The notes under the pieces: model-generated | The model's database searches: none | Seen by the model: the letters and a program-made list of their open reading frames with translations, nothing else | What the model was told of the DNA's origin: nothing | Program-made: the position numbers and the translations under genes | Source of the DNA: a virus | Taxonomy: Duplodnaviria > Heunggongvirae > Uroviricota > Caudoviricetes | Length of the DNA stretch: 64,000 nucleotides | Virus record (IMG/VR): IMGVR_UViG_3300048574_000421 | Strand: one strand, 5' to 3' | Shown: positions 48,860-57,529 of the stretch, one piece after another | Layout: the number at the start of each line of letters is the position of its first letter | How positions within the stretch are numbered: position 1 is the stretch's first letter

Positions 48860-50239
48860 TTACCTTTTTAACATAACATTTAGATTTTTTCTTGCGGGTT
48901 CAAATTTTGGATTTATAGCAAGAGATTTTTTAAACATTTTTATAGATTTTTCAACACTTGTTCCTGATAACTCTATACCTTTTTCATTATAGATTTTTTC
49001 TAACAAACCTGTTGTCAATGTATATTCTTTATCCATTTTTAAAGATTTTTCAAGAATAGTAATAGCTTCATCATATTTTTTTAAAACACCACAACAAAAT
49101 GCAAAATCAGTTAATGCTTTCACATCATAAGTCTTCTGTACGACTTTTTTAAATGCATAATATGCATCTTCAAATCTTTCTTGCTTTGCATAACAAACAC
49201 CAAGATGTATCAAAGCGTATTCAGACTCTTCTATGTCAATAGATTGTAAAAAAAGTTTTTCAGCTTGTTGAAAATCATTTAACAAATTCATTGTTGTGCC
49301 TAAATATGCTAGCGCATAATGATCTTTTGCATCTTTATTTAGAAGTTTTTCCCATACTGTCAAAGCTTTTTCATAGTTTTCTAAACCTAAGTATTGAGTC
49401 CCAAGATCGTAAAGTATTTTTTTATCAGCACAAGTTTTTAAAACTTCATCAGCAATTTTGCTTTTTAAATAACTTAATGCTTTATCAGCAAGCAAGCCAT
49501 TTTGTCTAATTAATTTAGGACCCCATTTTTTTACTAAAGTACTATATGAATATCTCACAAGATGATTTCTTTTTTCGCCATAAGATTGATTCGAATAATG
49601 ATACACATACACTTCATCACAAATTACTAATTTGAATTTCTTCTGTTGTATACGTAAAACAAAATCATCTTCACTCCCATAATGAGGGAAAACTCTTGCA
49701 TCTAACAAACCTACTTGTTTTATCACAAGCGAAGAAATAAAAAAACAAAAACCATTTACAAAACCTGTACTTGGGTACTTTTTTTCAGACAATGATACTA
49801 TAAACTTCCCATACTCTTCAATAGATTCTTCTTTAACTGCTTCTTTGCCTACAGATTGTGTTGTTGCACAATTAGACAAAACACCTATGCATCCGACATC
49901 TTTTTTATTTTCCCAAAAACTAGATATTTTTTCAAGCCAGTCTTCAGTTACAATTTTAGTATCAGAATTAAGCAAACAAACATAATCAAAGTTTTTACTT
50001 AATTGCATCCCAAGATTACAACTAATAGAAAAACCTTTTGCAGTATTATTACGAACAAGTTGTTGAACAATGCCTTCGTTATGTAACTCTTGACAAAAGT
50101 CTGCAGTTTCTTTATCTGAAGCATCATCAATCAAAATAATTTGATAATGAGATTTCTTTGATTTTTCAACAATTGAATCAATACAAATTTGCAACAAATG
50201 TTTTTGATTATGAACAGGTATAACAATTGAAGTACTCAT
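48860..50239 (-). CDS. GT2 glycosyltransferase with C-terminal TPR domain
   Basis: SIVIPVHN...IDDASD...LLNSD...YGSEDDF; TPR block paralogous to that of 44100-47102. Confidence 0.9.
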   Translation of the reverse strand: MSTSIVIPVHNQKHLLQICIDSIVEKSKKSHYQIILIDDASDKETADFCQELHNEGIVQQLVRNNTAKGFSISCNLGMQLSKNFDYVCLLNSDTKIVTEDWLEKISSFWENKKDVGCIGVLSNCATTQSVGKEAVKEESIEEYGKFIVSLSEKKYPSTGFVNGFCFFISSLVIKQVGLLDARVFPHYGSEDDFVLRIQQKKFKLVICDEVYVYHYSNQSYGEKRNHLVRYSYSTLVKKWGPKLIRQNGLLADKALSYLKSKIADEVLKTCADKKILYDLGTQYLGLENYEKALTVWEKLLNKDAKDHYALAYLGTTMNLLNDFQQAEKLFLQSIDIEESEYALIHLGVCYAKQERFEDAYYAFKKVVQKTYDVKALTDFAFCCGVLKKYDEAITILEKSLKMDKEYTLTTGLLEKIYNEKGIELSGTSVEKSIKMFKKSLAINPKFEPARKNLNVMLKR

Positions 50240-51216
50240 TAAAATAATCTCTCAATATTGCTTATTGTTTTTTCCCACGTAAACTTTTTTATTGTCTTCT
50301 CAATATTTTTTTTAAACTCTGTTGCAAGTCTCGGATGTCTCAAAAGATACTTTGATTTTTCAAAAACATCCTCTTCATCTTGTTTTTTTGCGACAACACA
50401 AGTCTTACCATCAAAAAAAACATCACCAAAAGCACCATCACAAACAACGGAGGGACAACCACATAGTGCTGCTTCTATAGGTGTCAAATTTAAACCTTCT
50501 GAAATTGAAGGCATTATAAAAATGCTACATTCATTGAAAACTTGTCTTATCTCGTCTTGTGTGGCATCTAAATATTGCGAAATAATTCTTGAAGGATGTT
50601 TTGCTTTTTCAAAATCATTTCTTGAACCAAAAATAATAGTACCATCAATCAAATTTTGTTGTTGCAATCTATTGCAAACTTTCACACCTAAACTATATTG
50701 CTTATCAGGAGAATTGTGATAAAGAAGAGATGCATATCTTGACCTTTCGATTTTACTTTCTTCAAAAAAATGCTTTTTTGAATCTAAACCAAAACCTATA
50801 CAGGCACATTGTATTCCTTCTTGCTCTATAGCTTTTTTAATTTTTAAAGTACTTGATGTTACAATAACTTTAGGATTTAAGACGTTTTTTCGCTCTCTTT
50901 CAAAACACATACCATAACTCAACATATAAATGATAACTTTTTTGACTTGTGGTAATCTTGTCAAAAACTCAGTATAAGGATTGTCTGAGTATGTAATCAC
51001 TATATCAGCTGAAGGAAAAGTATAGTCTGGAAGACCCACACTGTATGAAATTGAAATCTCTTTGTTATAATCTAAATCTGAATTAAAATTTTGAGCTCTT
51101 ACATGTACTCTATGTTTTTTATTAAGAGCTATAGCTAGTTGCATCATGTGTTGGATGCCACCACTTGTTTTTGAATAAAAAGGAATTTCGACAACAATAT
51201 TCATTTTTAAGACCAA
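50239..51216 (-). CDS. GT4 (GT-B) glycosyltransferase (likely start ATG 51204)
   Basis: SGGIQHMMQLA...FIMPSISEGLNLTPIEAALCGCP. Confidence 0.88.
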   Translation of the reverse strand: MVLKMNIVVEIPFYSKTSGGIQHMMQLAIALNKKHRVHVRAQNFNSDLDYNKEISISYSVGLPDYTFPSADIVITYSDNPYTEFLTRLPQVKKVIIYMLSYGMCFERERKNVLNPKVIVTSSTLKIKKAIEQEGIQCACIGFGLDSKKHFFEESKIERSRYASLLYHNSPDKQYSLGVKVCNRLQQQNLIDGTIIFGSRNDFEKAKHPSRIISQYLDATQDEIRQVFNECSIFIMPSISEGLNLTPIEAALCGCPSVVCDGAFGDVFFDGKTCVVAKKQDEEDVFEKSKYLLRHPRLATEFKKNIEKTIKKFTWEKTISNIERLF

Positions 51217-51217
51217 A

Positions 51218-52732
51218 TTAAAGTAAAGGTTTTATATATGCTTCAGGTCCTTTGTTTGGACTTCTTGTATCTTTACCTACCCAAGAGTCAAAAACACTAC
51301 CAATGTCTACTGCAACACCACCTGAAGATGAAAAAACACAACCTAAAATCTTTCCAACAAAACCTGCGCCATACAAGAAAAGCTCACCTTGACGTGGTTT
51401 TGATTTTATTATACTTTCTATATCTTGTATTTGCTTGATGAAATTTCTTGATGTACTTTTTACAGTTTCATATACTTGCTCACCAGATATCAAATGTTGT
51501 TCAATCTGCTCTATGTTCGGGTATTTTAAACTTATTTTTTCTTTTACATCTCTTGACGAAACAAGAAACAACTTTTTCGTCTCTTTAAAAATTTTGTCAT
51601 AACAATTTTCATGTAATAATTCATAATGTACATCTATTGTACAAAACTTGTTACATTTCCAGTTTTGTGGATTTTTAGTTTTTAGCTCTATGTAATAATC
51701 TTCAATGTTCTTCCAATAAACACTCGACCTTTTGTGATATGTTGTGGGTAAACCTAATACGTCAGCATGCATAATACTTTCGTTTATATTGTTTTTTACT
51801 TGCTCAAGTTCTAGATCAGACAACATATATCCTAATTGTTGTTCGCAATGCATTTGCATTCTATTTCTATCTTGACCAAAATATAACATCTCTCCGTCAC
51901 CAATACGTAAAACAAATAGAGATTTTTGGTTTTTAAGCGACTCAACAACTAAGTCAGCAACTTGTTTTGCGTTAAAATTAATCTGTATATTTTTTTTGTT
52001 TTTGTATTTGTTAATATCACCTATATCACGTTTAGAATAAAAATCTAACAAATGAGTCTTATCCATACCCCAAGCATCTTCTAACATTTTTCTGTTTACA
52101 TCTAACGTTTTTCTTTCATAACCTTCAGAAGTATGAAAAAGGTGATATGCATCAAAAGCAAGTTTTTTAAAATTTAACAAAGTTCTTATTTTATAAGAAA
52201 ATAAATTATCATCAGCACCCCAACCCACAAAATCTTCATCAAATCCGTTTATACGAAGAAAACAAGATTTTTTAATCAAAAAAACTGCTGAACAAAAATC
52301 AATGCCTATTCTTACAGATGTCTTTTTTGAAATAAAAGGTTCTTCATTTTCTTCAAGATCTAAAAGGTGTTTTTTAGGATCAATTGCATCAAAAGTCTTA
52401 CAAGCAAGAACACATTCATAAAGATCTTTAAATTTCATGACTGTGTCACAATCAGCATACACTAAAATATTTGTCGTCGCTGCTTTCGCAGCAATATTAC
52501 ATGCCCAACCCTTGTTAAATGCAGAATCGTTAAAAACAAAAATATGTTTGCAATTTTTTGGAAGCAAAAAATCTATTGTACTTTGAGAATCTTGCTCGAC
52601 TAAAATAATTTCAAAATTGTAAGACTTATTATCATCTAACCATTTTAAAACTTTTTTAAGACAATGCTCTCTCCCGCCTCTTTTCCTATAGACTAAAATA
52701 TAAGAAAATAATGGAGTTTTTTTAAAATTCAT
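51218..52732 (-). CDS. Two-domain glycosyltransferase: GT2/GT7C-like plus GT-D-fold-like
   Basis: FNKGWACN...ADCD...NGFDEDFVGWGADD (GT7C-like); C-terminal LRIGDGE...AVDIGSVFD (GT-D-like). Confidence 0.8.
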   Translation of the reverse strand: MNFKKTPLFSYILVYRKRGGREHCLKKVLKWLDDNKSYNFEIILVEQDSQSTIDFLLPKNCKHIFVFNDSAFNKGWACNIAAKAATTNILVYADCDTVMKFKDLYECVLACKTFDAIDPKKHLLDLEENEEPFISKKTSVRIGIDFCSAVFLIKKSCFLRINGFDEDFVGWGADDNLFSYKIRTLLNFKKLAFDAYHLFHTSEGYERKTLDVNRKMLEDAWGMDKTHLLDFYSKRDIGDINKYKNKKNIQINFNAKQVADLVVESLKNQKSLFVLRIGDGEMLYFGQDRNRMQMHCEQQLGYMLSDLELEQVKNNINESIMHADVLGLPTTYHKRSSVYWKNIEDYYIELKTKNPQNWKCNKFCTIDVHYELLHENCYDKIFKETKKLFLVSSRDVKEKISLKYPNIEQIEQHLISGEQVYETVKSTSRNFIKQIQDIESIIKSKPRQGELFLYGAGFVGKILGCVFSSSGGVAVDIGSVFDSWVGKDTRSPNKGPEAYIKPLL

Positions 52733-53376
52733 ATTTTTCCGTTTTGCTGTTTATTATATTGTTCAATTTCAAACTCAAAATCAGTTGTCTTTCTCCACGA
52801 CAAACTCCAGTGATGAACAGCATAAGAGTTTGGAAACTCTTTAGCTGCAATATATGGACTGTTGCATAAATATGGATAGAAAAAATTTGTGGGTATTGTC
52901 GCTACATTCCAACCTATTTCTTGTATTGCTTCTGTCATCAAAGTAGGTCCCCAAGGTGGCGGCAACATATAATATCTATGCAAGTTTTTATACTGATAAA
53001 CTATCCATTCATGCTGCTTTATAGCTCCAAATATAGCATTACAATATAAATTGGGAGTTTCTTTACAAGAAAATGCTTCAAAAATCAAGAAATCATCAAT
53101 GTTTTTATTCCATTCAAAATCCATATCGCAATAAACACCACCATAATTCATAATAGCATATAATCTAACAATATTTGATTTTGAACTAAATTGTTGAGCT
53201 GAGTTAGTCATTGTAACTAACTCAGTGTTTTTACATATCTCACGATCTGTCCATAATTTGTATTGCCAATCAGGATGCAAATCTTGCCACTCGTTCTTCC
53301 ATCGAATAAATGGCTCTGGAATTTTATTCTGACCTAACCACACTTGATGTAAAATTTTAGGTATTATTTTACTCAT
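52729..53376 (-). CDS. GT32 (DXD sugar-binding) glycosyltransferase
   Basis: IPKILHQVWLG...SNIVRLYAIMNYGGVYCDMD...HHWSLSW. Confidence 0.9.
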   Translation of the reverse strand: MSKIIPKILHQVWLGQNKIPEPFIRWKNEWQDLHPDWQYKLWTDREICKNTELVTMTNSAQQFSSKSNIVRLYAIMNYGGVYCDMDFEWNKNIDDFLIFEAFSCKETPNLYCNAIFGAIKQHEWIVYQYKNLHRYYMLPPPWGPTLMTEAIQEIGWNVATIPTNFFYPYLCNSPYIAAKEFPNSYAVHHWSLSWRKTTDFEFEIEQYNKQQNGKI

Positions 53377-53708
53377 TGTATCTTATCATGACCTTGTCTT
53401 GTCATATCAGGTAATGAAACATTATACATAGGTCTTTTCTCGTAAAGCATGTCCATATCATAAATATTTAGATCCCTTGCTCTATTTCGAGCATGCAAAG
53501 CTCTCATTGGTCTAAAATCTTGATAAACACGATTTTCAACAGGATTTCCACCACTTTTGTCAGAACCTTTAGGAATAATGCTGTCAATTTTTTGTTCAAC
53601 ACGAACAGCATCAGGAGAGTTCTTGGGCAACTCTCCAACTTCTTTTCTTAAAGGTCCTCGTCTATATGTTGCTGTCGGTGCAATTACGAGATTGTCCATT
53701 ATGCCCAA
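53373..53708 (-). CDS. Hypothetical protein (111 aa)
   Basis: ORF track; ATGA-coupled to the GT32 gene. Confidence 0.7.
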   Translation of the reverse strand: MGIMDNLVIAPTATYRRGPLRKEVGELPKNSPDAVRVEQKIDSIIPKGSDKSGGNPVENRVYQDFRPMRALHARNRARDLNIYDMDMLYEKRPMYNVSLPDMTRQGHDKIQ

Positions 53709-54283
53709 ATCCTTGTGAATGATCTTTCAAACAAATGAATTCGTCCTTTTGAGTCTTTTCTCGGGTTGTTTTTATAATAACAATTTTGATAATTTCCTTC
53801 ACCTTTAACATAAAGAAAATTTGCAGCTTTTGCAAAAACATGTGCTTGCGAAAATCTAGTTGCAGGATTTCTAACGGTCCTTAACACAGGTCGATCAACT
53901 TGTTTAAAAGTCGGCGCTGGATAATTTCCTGAAGGATTAAACCATGCACCATTATTCATTCCTTCATCTACTAAATATTTGTCAGCTTCAAGTTGTGGTT
54001 TTTCAACATCAGCTTTTAAATTTTTTCTTCTAATTGCCCATTGATTAAGCATCTCATTGTTGGTTGTCACTGTCATAGGAATCGTTGTTTCATTTATACT
54101 ATATTGCGATCCTGACACCATAAACTCTGGAAAATTATTTAAAGTTTCTTGTTCTGAAACAAATTGTTGAAGAGGTCTTCCTGGTTGTTTCCTTGAAACA
54201 TCAAACTGGTCACGCTCAATACTTGAAAACTTAATATTGCGTTTTGCAGGATCTGCTATAATAATCCCATGTAATGTTGACAT
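53699..54283 (-). CDS. Hypothetical protein (194 aa)
   Basis: ORF track; RBS; overlaps the next gene. Confidence 0.75.
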   Translation of the reverse strand: MSTLHGIIIADPAKRNIKFSSIERDQFDVSRKQPGRPLQQFVSEQETLNNFPEFMVSGSQYSINETTIPMTVTTNNEMLNQWAIRRKNLKADVEKPQLEADKYLVDEGMNNGAWFNPSGNYPAPTFKQVDRPVLRTVRNPATRFSQAHVFAKAANFLYVKGEGNYQNCYYKNNPRKDSKGRIHLFERSFTRIWA

Positions 54284-54301
54284 AATTTATCCTTTCAATT
54301 A

Positions 54302-57300
54302 TTATTTATGTTCTCTATCTTTCATGTTAGGTAAGTTTACACCAGAAAATAAAGATTTTATTTTCGGTAATCTTAGTTTGCTATCATCTTTTCCAGAAAT
54401 AATAATACCTTCATAGGTACGTCCTGCAATAGCAAGTTCTTTACAAAAAATCATAACAGGAGAATTTTGAATAATTGTACTCTCAGCTACAAAATAAACA
54501 TCATAGTTTTTTGAAGATCTCAAACCTGTCAATGTAAGAATATTAGCTACATTAGTTTGAACAACTACGTTGCTATTAATTGCATTTTTATTCTTTGAGT
54601 TTTTACCTGCTTTAACTTGAGCTGACGTAGGTGCTTCAGAACCTGAAGTGACAGCTACAGCATAACATTTACCTTGTGAACGTAGACCTACTAAAAAAGT
54701 ACATGTTTTCGAATCACGAACTTGCAAAGAAGGTAACAAATCCATCCATACAGGCGGGAAAATGACACCACCTGAATTTGCTCCTATACCTGAACGAGGT
54801 TTTCCCCATAGATCTAATTCATAGTCAGTGTATGGTGAAACACCTGGTTGCGGTGATACTGGGACATTAGCATACATATTAGTGATAGTAAAAGCAGTTT
54901 CTGGAGCATCCCATGCAGGCCATTCAGATGTCAATCCTCCATTAGGAATAAAAACTGTATTTTCATATTTCTTATGTGTTACTTTAAGATAAACCACAGA
55001 ACAGTTAATAAAAGTAGCACTTACTGAATTATCAACTACATAATCAATTGCACAATTTATAAAATTTTGATCTCCACCTTGTAAACTATGTACTTTAAAT
55101 GCACAATCTACAGCAGTAAATCCTGATCCTGCATACAAATTTATATTGTTTGCTTTTACAGAACAACCTCTAATTGTTTCTGTAGAAAAAACCTGCGTCT
55201 CTTGAAGTAAAATCAAATACATATTAAAAAACTTTGTATTTGAATTTGTCACTTTTGAAAGTGCTTGTAAAATACCATCAGCTATTGTCGTGTTTGTTGC
55301 AACAAATGAACTGCTTGTTGATATTCTCCAAGGTCCATTTTCAACAGCATTCCAAGCTCTATAAACTAGATTTTGTACTGGATTATATTGTGACCAAAAA
55401 ACTACTTGTTGATGAAAAGTTGCAGTTCCTTTCATATAAAAAACAGTATTGTTCTCGACAGTAGACAATTTACTTTGCCAATCTTCAATAGATAATGCGT
55501 CATTTATTGTTCCTGTACCACTATTAGATTTATTCAAATCTACATAGTAAATTTCACCTGTCGGGCGTAAATCTAACTTTACTATATCAGATTGTACATC
55601 ATGAGTTGATTTGTCAGCTACAAAATATACGTCATAATCAACACCTGTTATAAGATTTGAAGCTGTCAGTGTTGATTCAGTAGATCCTGAAATGACACTA
55701 CCTGAAAACCCAACACTTACTGTTTCACCATTAGCATTTTGTCCTGATAAAATTTGATTTGTTGTTGGTGCTGTTGCACCATGCGGTACAATTACAAATC
55801 TTGCAATACCATCAACATCAGTTGCCACTTTAAATGTCGCACTTGTTCCAGATATACTACTAATTTTGGGATATGTAGTTACCCAATTGATAAACAATAA
55901 AGCTCTAGTAAATCCTGTGCCTATAGTTTGTCTTGGTACTCCCCATAAATCTGTCTCATAACCCGTGTATGGAATCAAACCAGGCTGTGGGGGTGTTGTA
56001 ACATCTTCATAAAGAAAACCTGTTGAAAAGTCTTCTTTAGGTTGCCAAAATTCTGGGAACGGTGGTGGATACCAATTGTTTTGGCAATTCGATTTAACAA
56101 GATTACCTGAAGATTTATTAAAAGCACAATTGACAGCTGTTCCAGATCCAGAAGATGCAATTGCACCTGTAACTTTAAAAGCACTGCTTTCTAGTTCAGC
56201 TGAAACAGGATCAAAATCCCCAGATACTGAAACTAAACAACCCTTCATAGTAACTTTACTAGAAGAAACAACAGATTCATTAAAAGTAACTTGACAATTA
56301 AGAAAAACAGCATCACTTGGGTCTGAACAACTAATAAGAATACCACCATTTATAGTACAATTTGCAACACCATTTGCACGTATTGCCCAAGGTCCATTTA
56401 TATCAGGACGCCAAGGTAAGTAATTATGCGATGAAGAAACATTAAAAGTACCAGAATTACTTGATTCTCTGCCTTTCATAAAAAATGTATGAGACAAGAT
56501 AGGATAGTCATAAATTAGTATCTGCCATTCTTGCCAATCAAGAGGATTAAGAGGTCCACCAATAGGATGTGAAGGGTTAGAAATAACTGTGTCTCCTTGT
56601 AAATCTACGTACTGTACACAATCAGTACTTATTCCAATACCAACTCTATTATCACCCCATATCTCTTTATCATAATTATCTGGAACTTCTATAGGATTAT
56701 CGGGGATAAAATCTGTAAAAGGTACTGTACCTGGATTTGGTGGATAATTCACAAAATGAGGTGCAAGACTATTTAGTTTATAATATAATCCTCTAAATGC
56801 TTCTTTATCACTATTAAAAGTAGGATGTCCATAGTAAGCTGAAGACCATGATTCATAATTTGTACAAGGATATGGTGCTGAGCCACTATTAGAAATACAA
56901 TTATAATGCTGTATAGAAGTAGAAAATGATGATGCTACTATTGCACAATCATTTATTGTTGTTCCTAAAGATACAGGTTGATAAGAACCACTTGAAACTA
57001 AATGGCAACCTTTCATTGTTCCTTGTACAAAATTTCTACATTTTATGTAACATGTCGAAAAATAATAGTTACCTCCTGTTATATCAATGTTATTTAACCA
57101 AAACACACCACCCCTTAAAAAAGCCGAAGCTCCTGATGCAAGATGTCTGCTTAAACTCATACGCCAAGGACCATTTATTAAAGGATCCCAAGGTAAATAA
57201 TAATTGATTATGCTACCACTAGTATCAAAAGATATATCTATTGTACTTGTAACATCTTCAATAGATCCCTTAGTATAAATAACATATCCTTGATTTGTCG

Positions 57301-57403
57301 AGATAGAAGTTTGCCAATCAACAACAGACCACGGATCACTCTCTAACCCACTGTGATTCGAACCAACAGCATTTAGATCTAAATATCTTGTAAGTAAAGC
57401 CAT
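54302..57403 (-). CDS. Virion accessory protein: three beta-helix modules and two Ig/FN3-like modules
   Basis: Modules start Y(L/V)DL...G and contain NGPW, ending PGxxPxTx(Y)ExxxWGxxRxxIG; APTxxQ(I/V)xxG Ig-like domains. Confidence 0.8.
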   Translation of the reverse strand: MALLTRYLDLNAVGSNHSGLESDPWSVVDWQTSISTNQGYVIYTKGSIEDVTSTIDISFDTSGSIINYYLPWDPLINGPWRMSLSRHLASGASAFLRGGVFWLNNIDITGGNYYFSTCYIKCRNFVQGTMKGCHLVSSGSYQPVSLGTTINDCAIVASSFSTSIQHYNCISNSGSAPYPCTNYESWSSAYYGHPTFNSDKEAFRGLYYKLNSLAPHFVNYPPNPGTVPFTDFIPDNPIEVPDNYDKEIWGDNRVGIGISTDCVQYVDLQGDTVISNPSHPIGGPLNPLDWQEWQILIYDYPILSHTFFMKGRESSNSGTFNVSSSHNYLPWRPDINGPWAIRANGVANCTINGGILISCSDPSDAVFLNCQVTFNESVVSSSKVTMKGCLVSVSGDFDPVSAELESSAFKVTGAIASSGSGTAVNCAFNKSSGNLVKSNCQNNWYPPPFPEFWQPKEDFSTGFLYEDVTTPPQPGLIPYTGYETDLWGVPRQTIGTGFTRALLFINWVTTYPKISSISGTSATFKVATDVDGIARFVIVPHGATAPTTNQILSGQNANGETVSVGFSGSVISGSTESTLTASNLITGVDYDVYFVADKSTHDVQSDIVKLDLRPTGEIYYVDLNKSNSGTGTINDALSIEDWQSKLSTVENNTVFYMKGTATFHQQVVFWSQYNPVQNLVYRAWNAVENGPWRISTSSSFVATNTTIADGILQALSKVTNSNTKFFNMYLILLQETQVFSTETIRGCSVKANNINLYAGSGFTAVDCAFKVHSLQGGDQNFINCAIDYVVDNSVSATFINCSVVYLKVTHKKYENTVFIPNGGLTSEWPAWDAPETAFTITNMYANVPVSPQPGVSPYTDYELDLWGKPRSGIGANSGGVIFPPVWMDLLPSLQVRDSKTCTFLVGLRSQGKCYAVAVTSGSEAPTSAQVKAGKNSKNKNAINSNVVVQTNVANILTLTGLRSSKNYDVYFVAESTIIQNSPVMIFCKELAIAGRTYEGIIISGKDDSKLRLPKIKSLFSGVNLPNMKDREHK
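55323..55355. repeat. Exact 33-nt direct repeat shared with 58875-58907
   Basis: attctccaaggtccattttcaacagcattccaa occurs at both sites and encodes WNAVENGPWR. Confidence 0.9.
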
Positions 57404-57472
57404 ATAACACTCCTTTTAAAAACGCAATTACTTGCAAATTATAAACATAAGACTAAACTCTTGAGAGAAAAC

Positions 57473-57503
57473 AAAAAAGCAGGAAAATTCTTCCTGCTTT
57501 TTT
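57473..57503. terminator. Bidirectional intrinsic terminator
   Basis: AAAAAAGCAGGAA-AATTC-TTCCTGCTTTTTT perfect inverted repeat with A6/T6 flanks. Confidence 0.85.
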
Positions 57504-57529
57504 GTTGTAGATTTTTACTTTAAAGCATT

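Noticed and set aside
42832-52000. Homopolymer runs of 8-10 A/T (e.g. 42832-42841, 47592-47600) as phase-variation tracts
   Set aside because: Such runs are expected in Lys/Phe-rich, very AT-rich genes; all frames are intact and there are no poly-G/C tracts.
44100-53376. Glycosyltransferase cluster as DNA hypermodification or host serotype conversion
   Set aside because: No base-modifying or nucleotide-metabolism genes and no membrane flippase/transferase nearby; TPR fusions and late-operon position favour protein targets. Disfavoured, not excluded.
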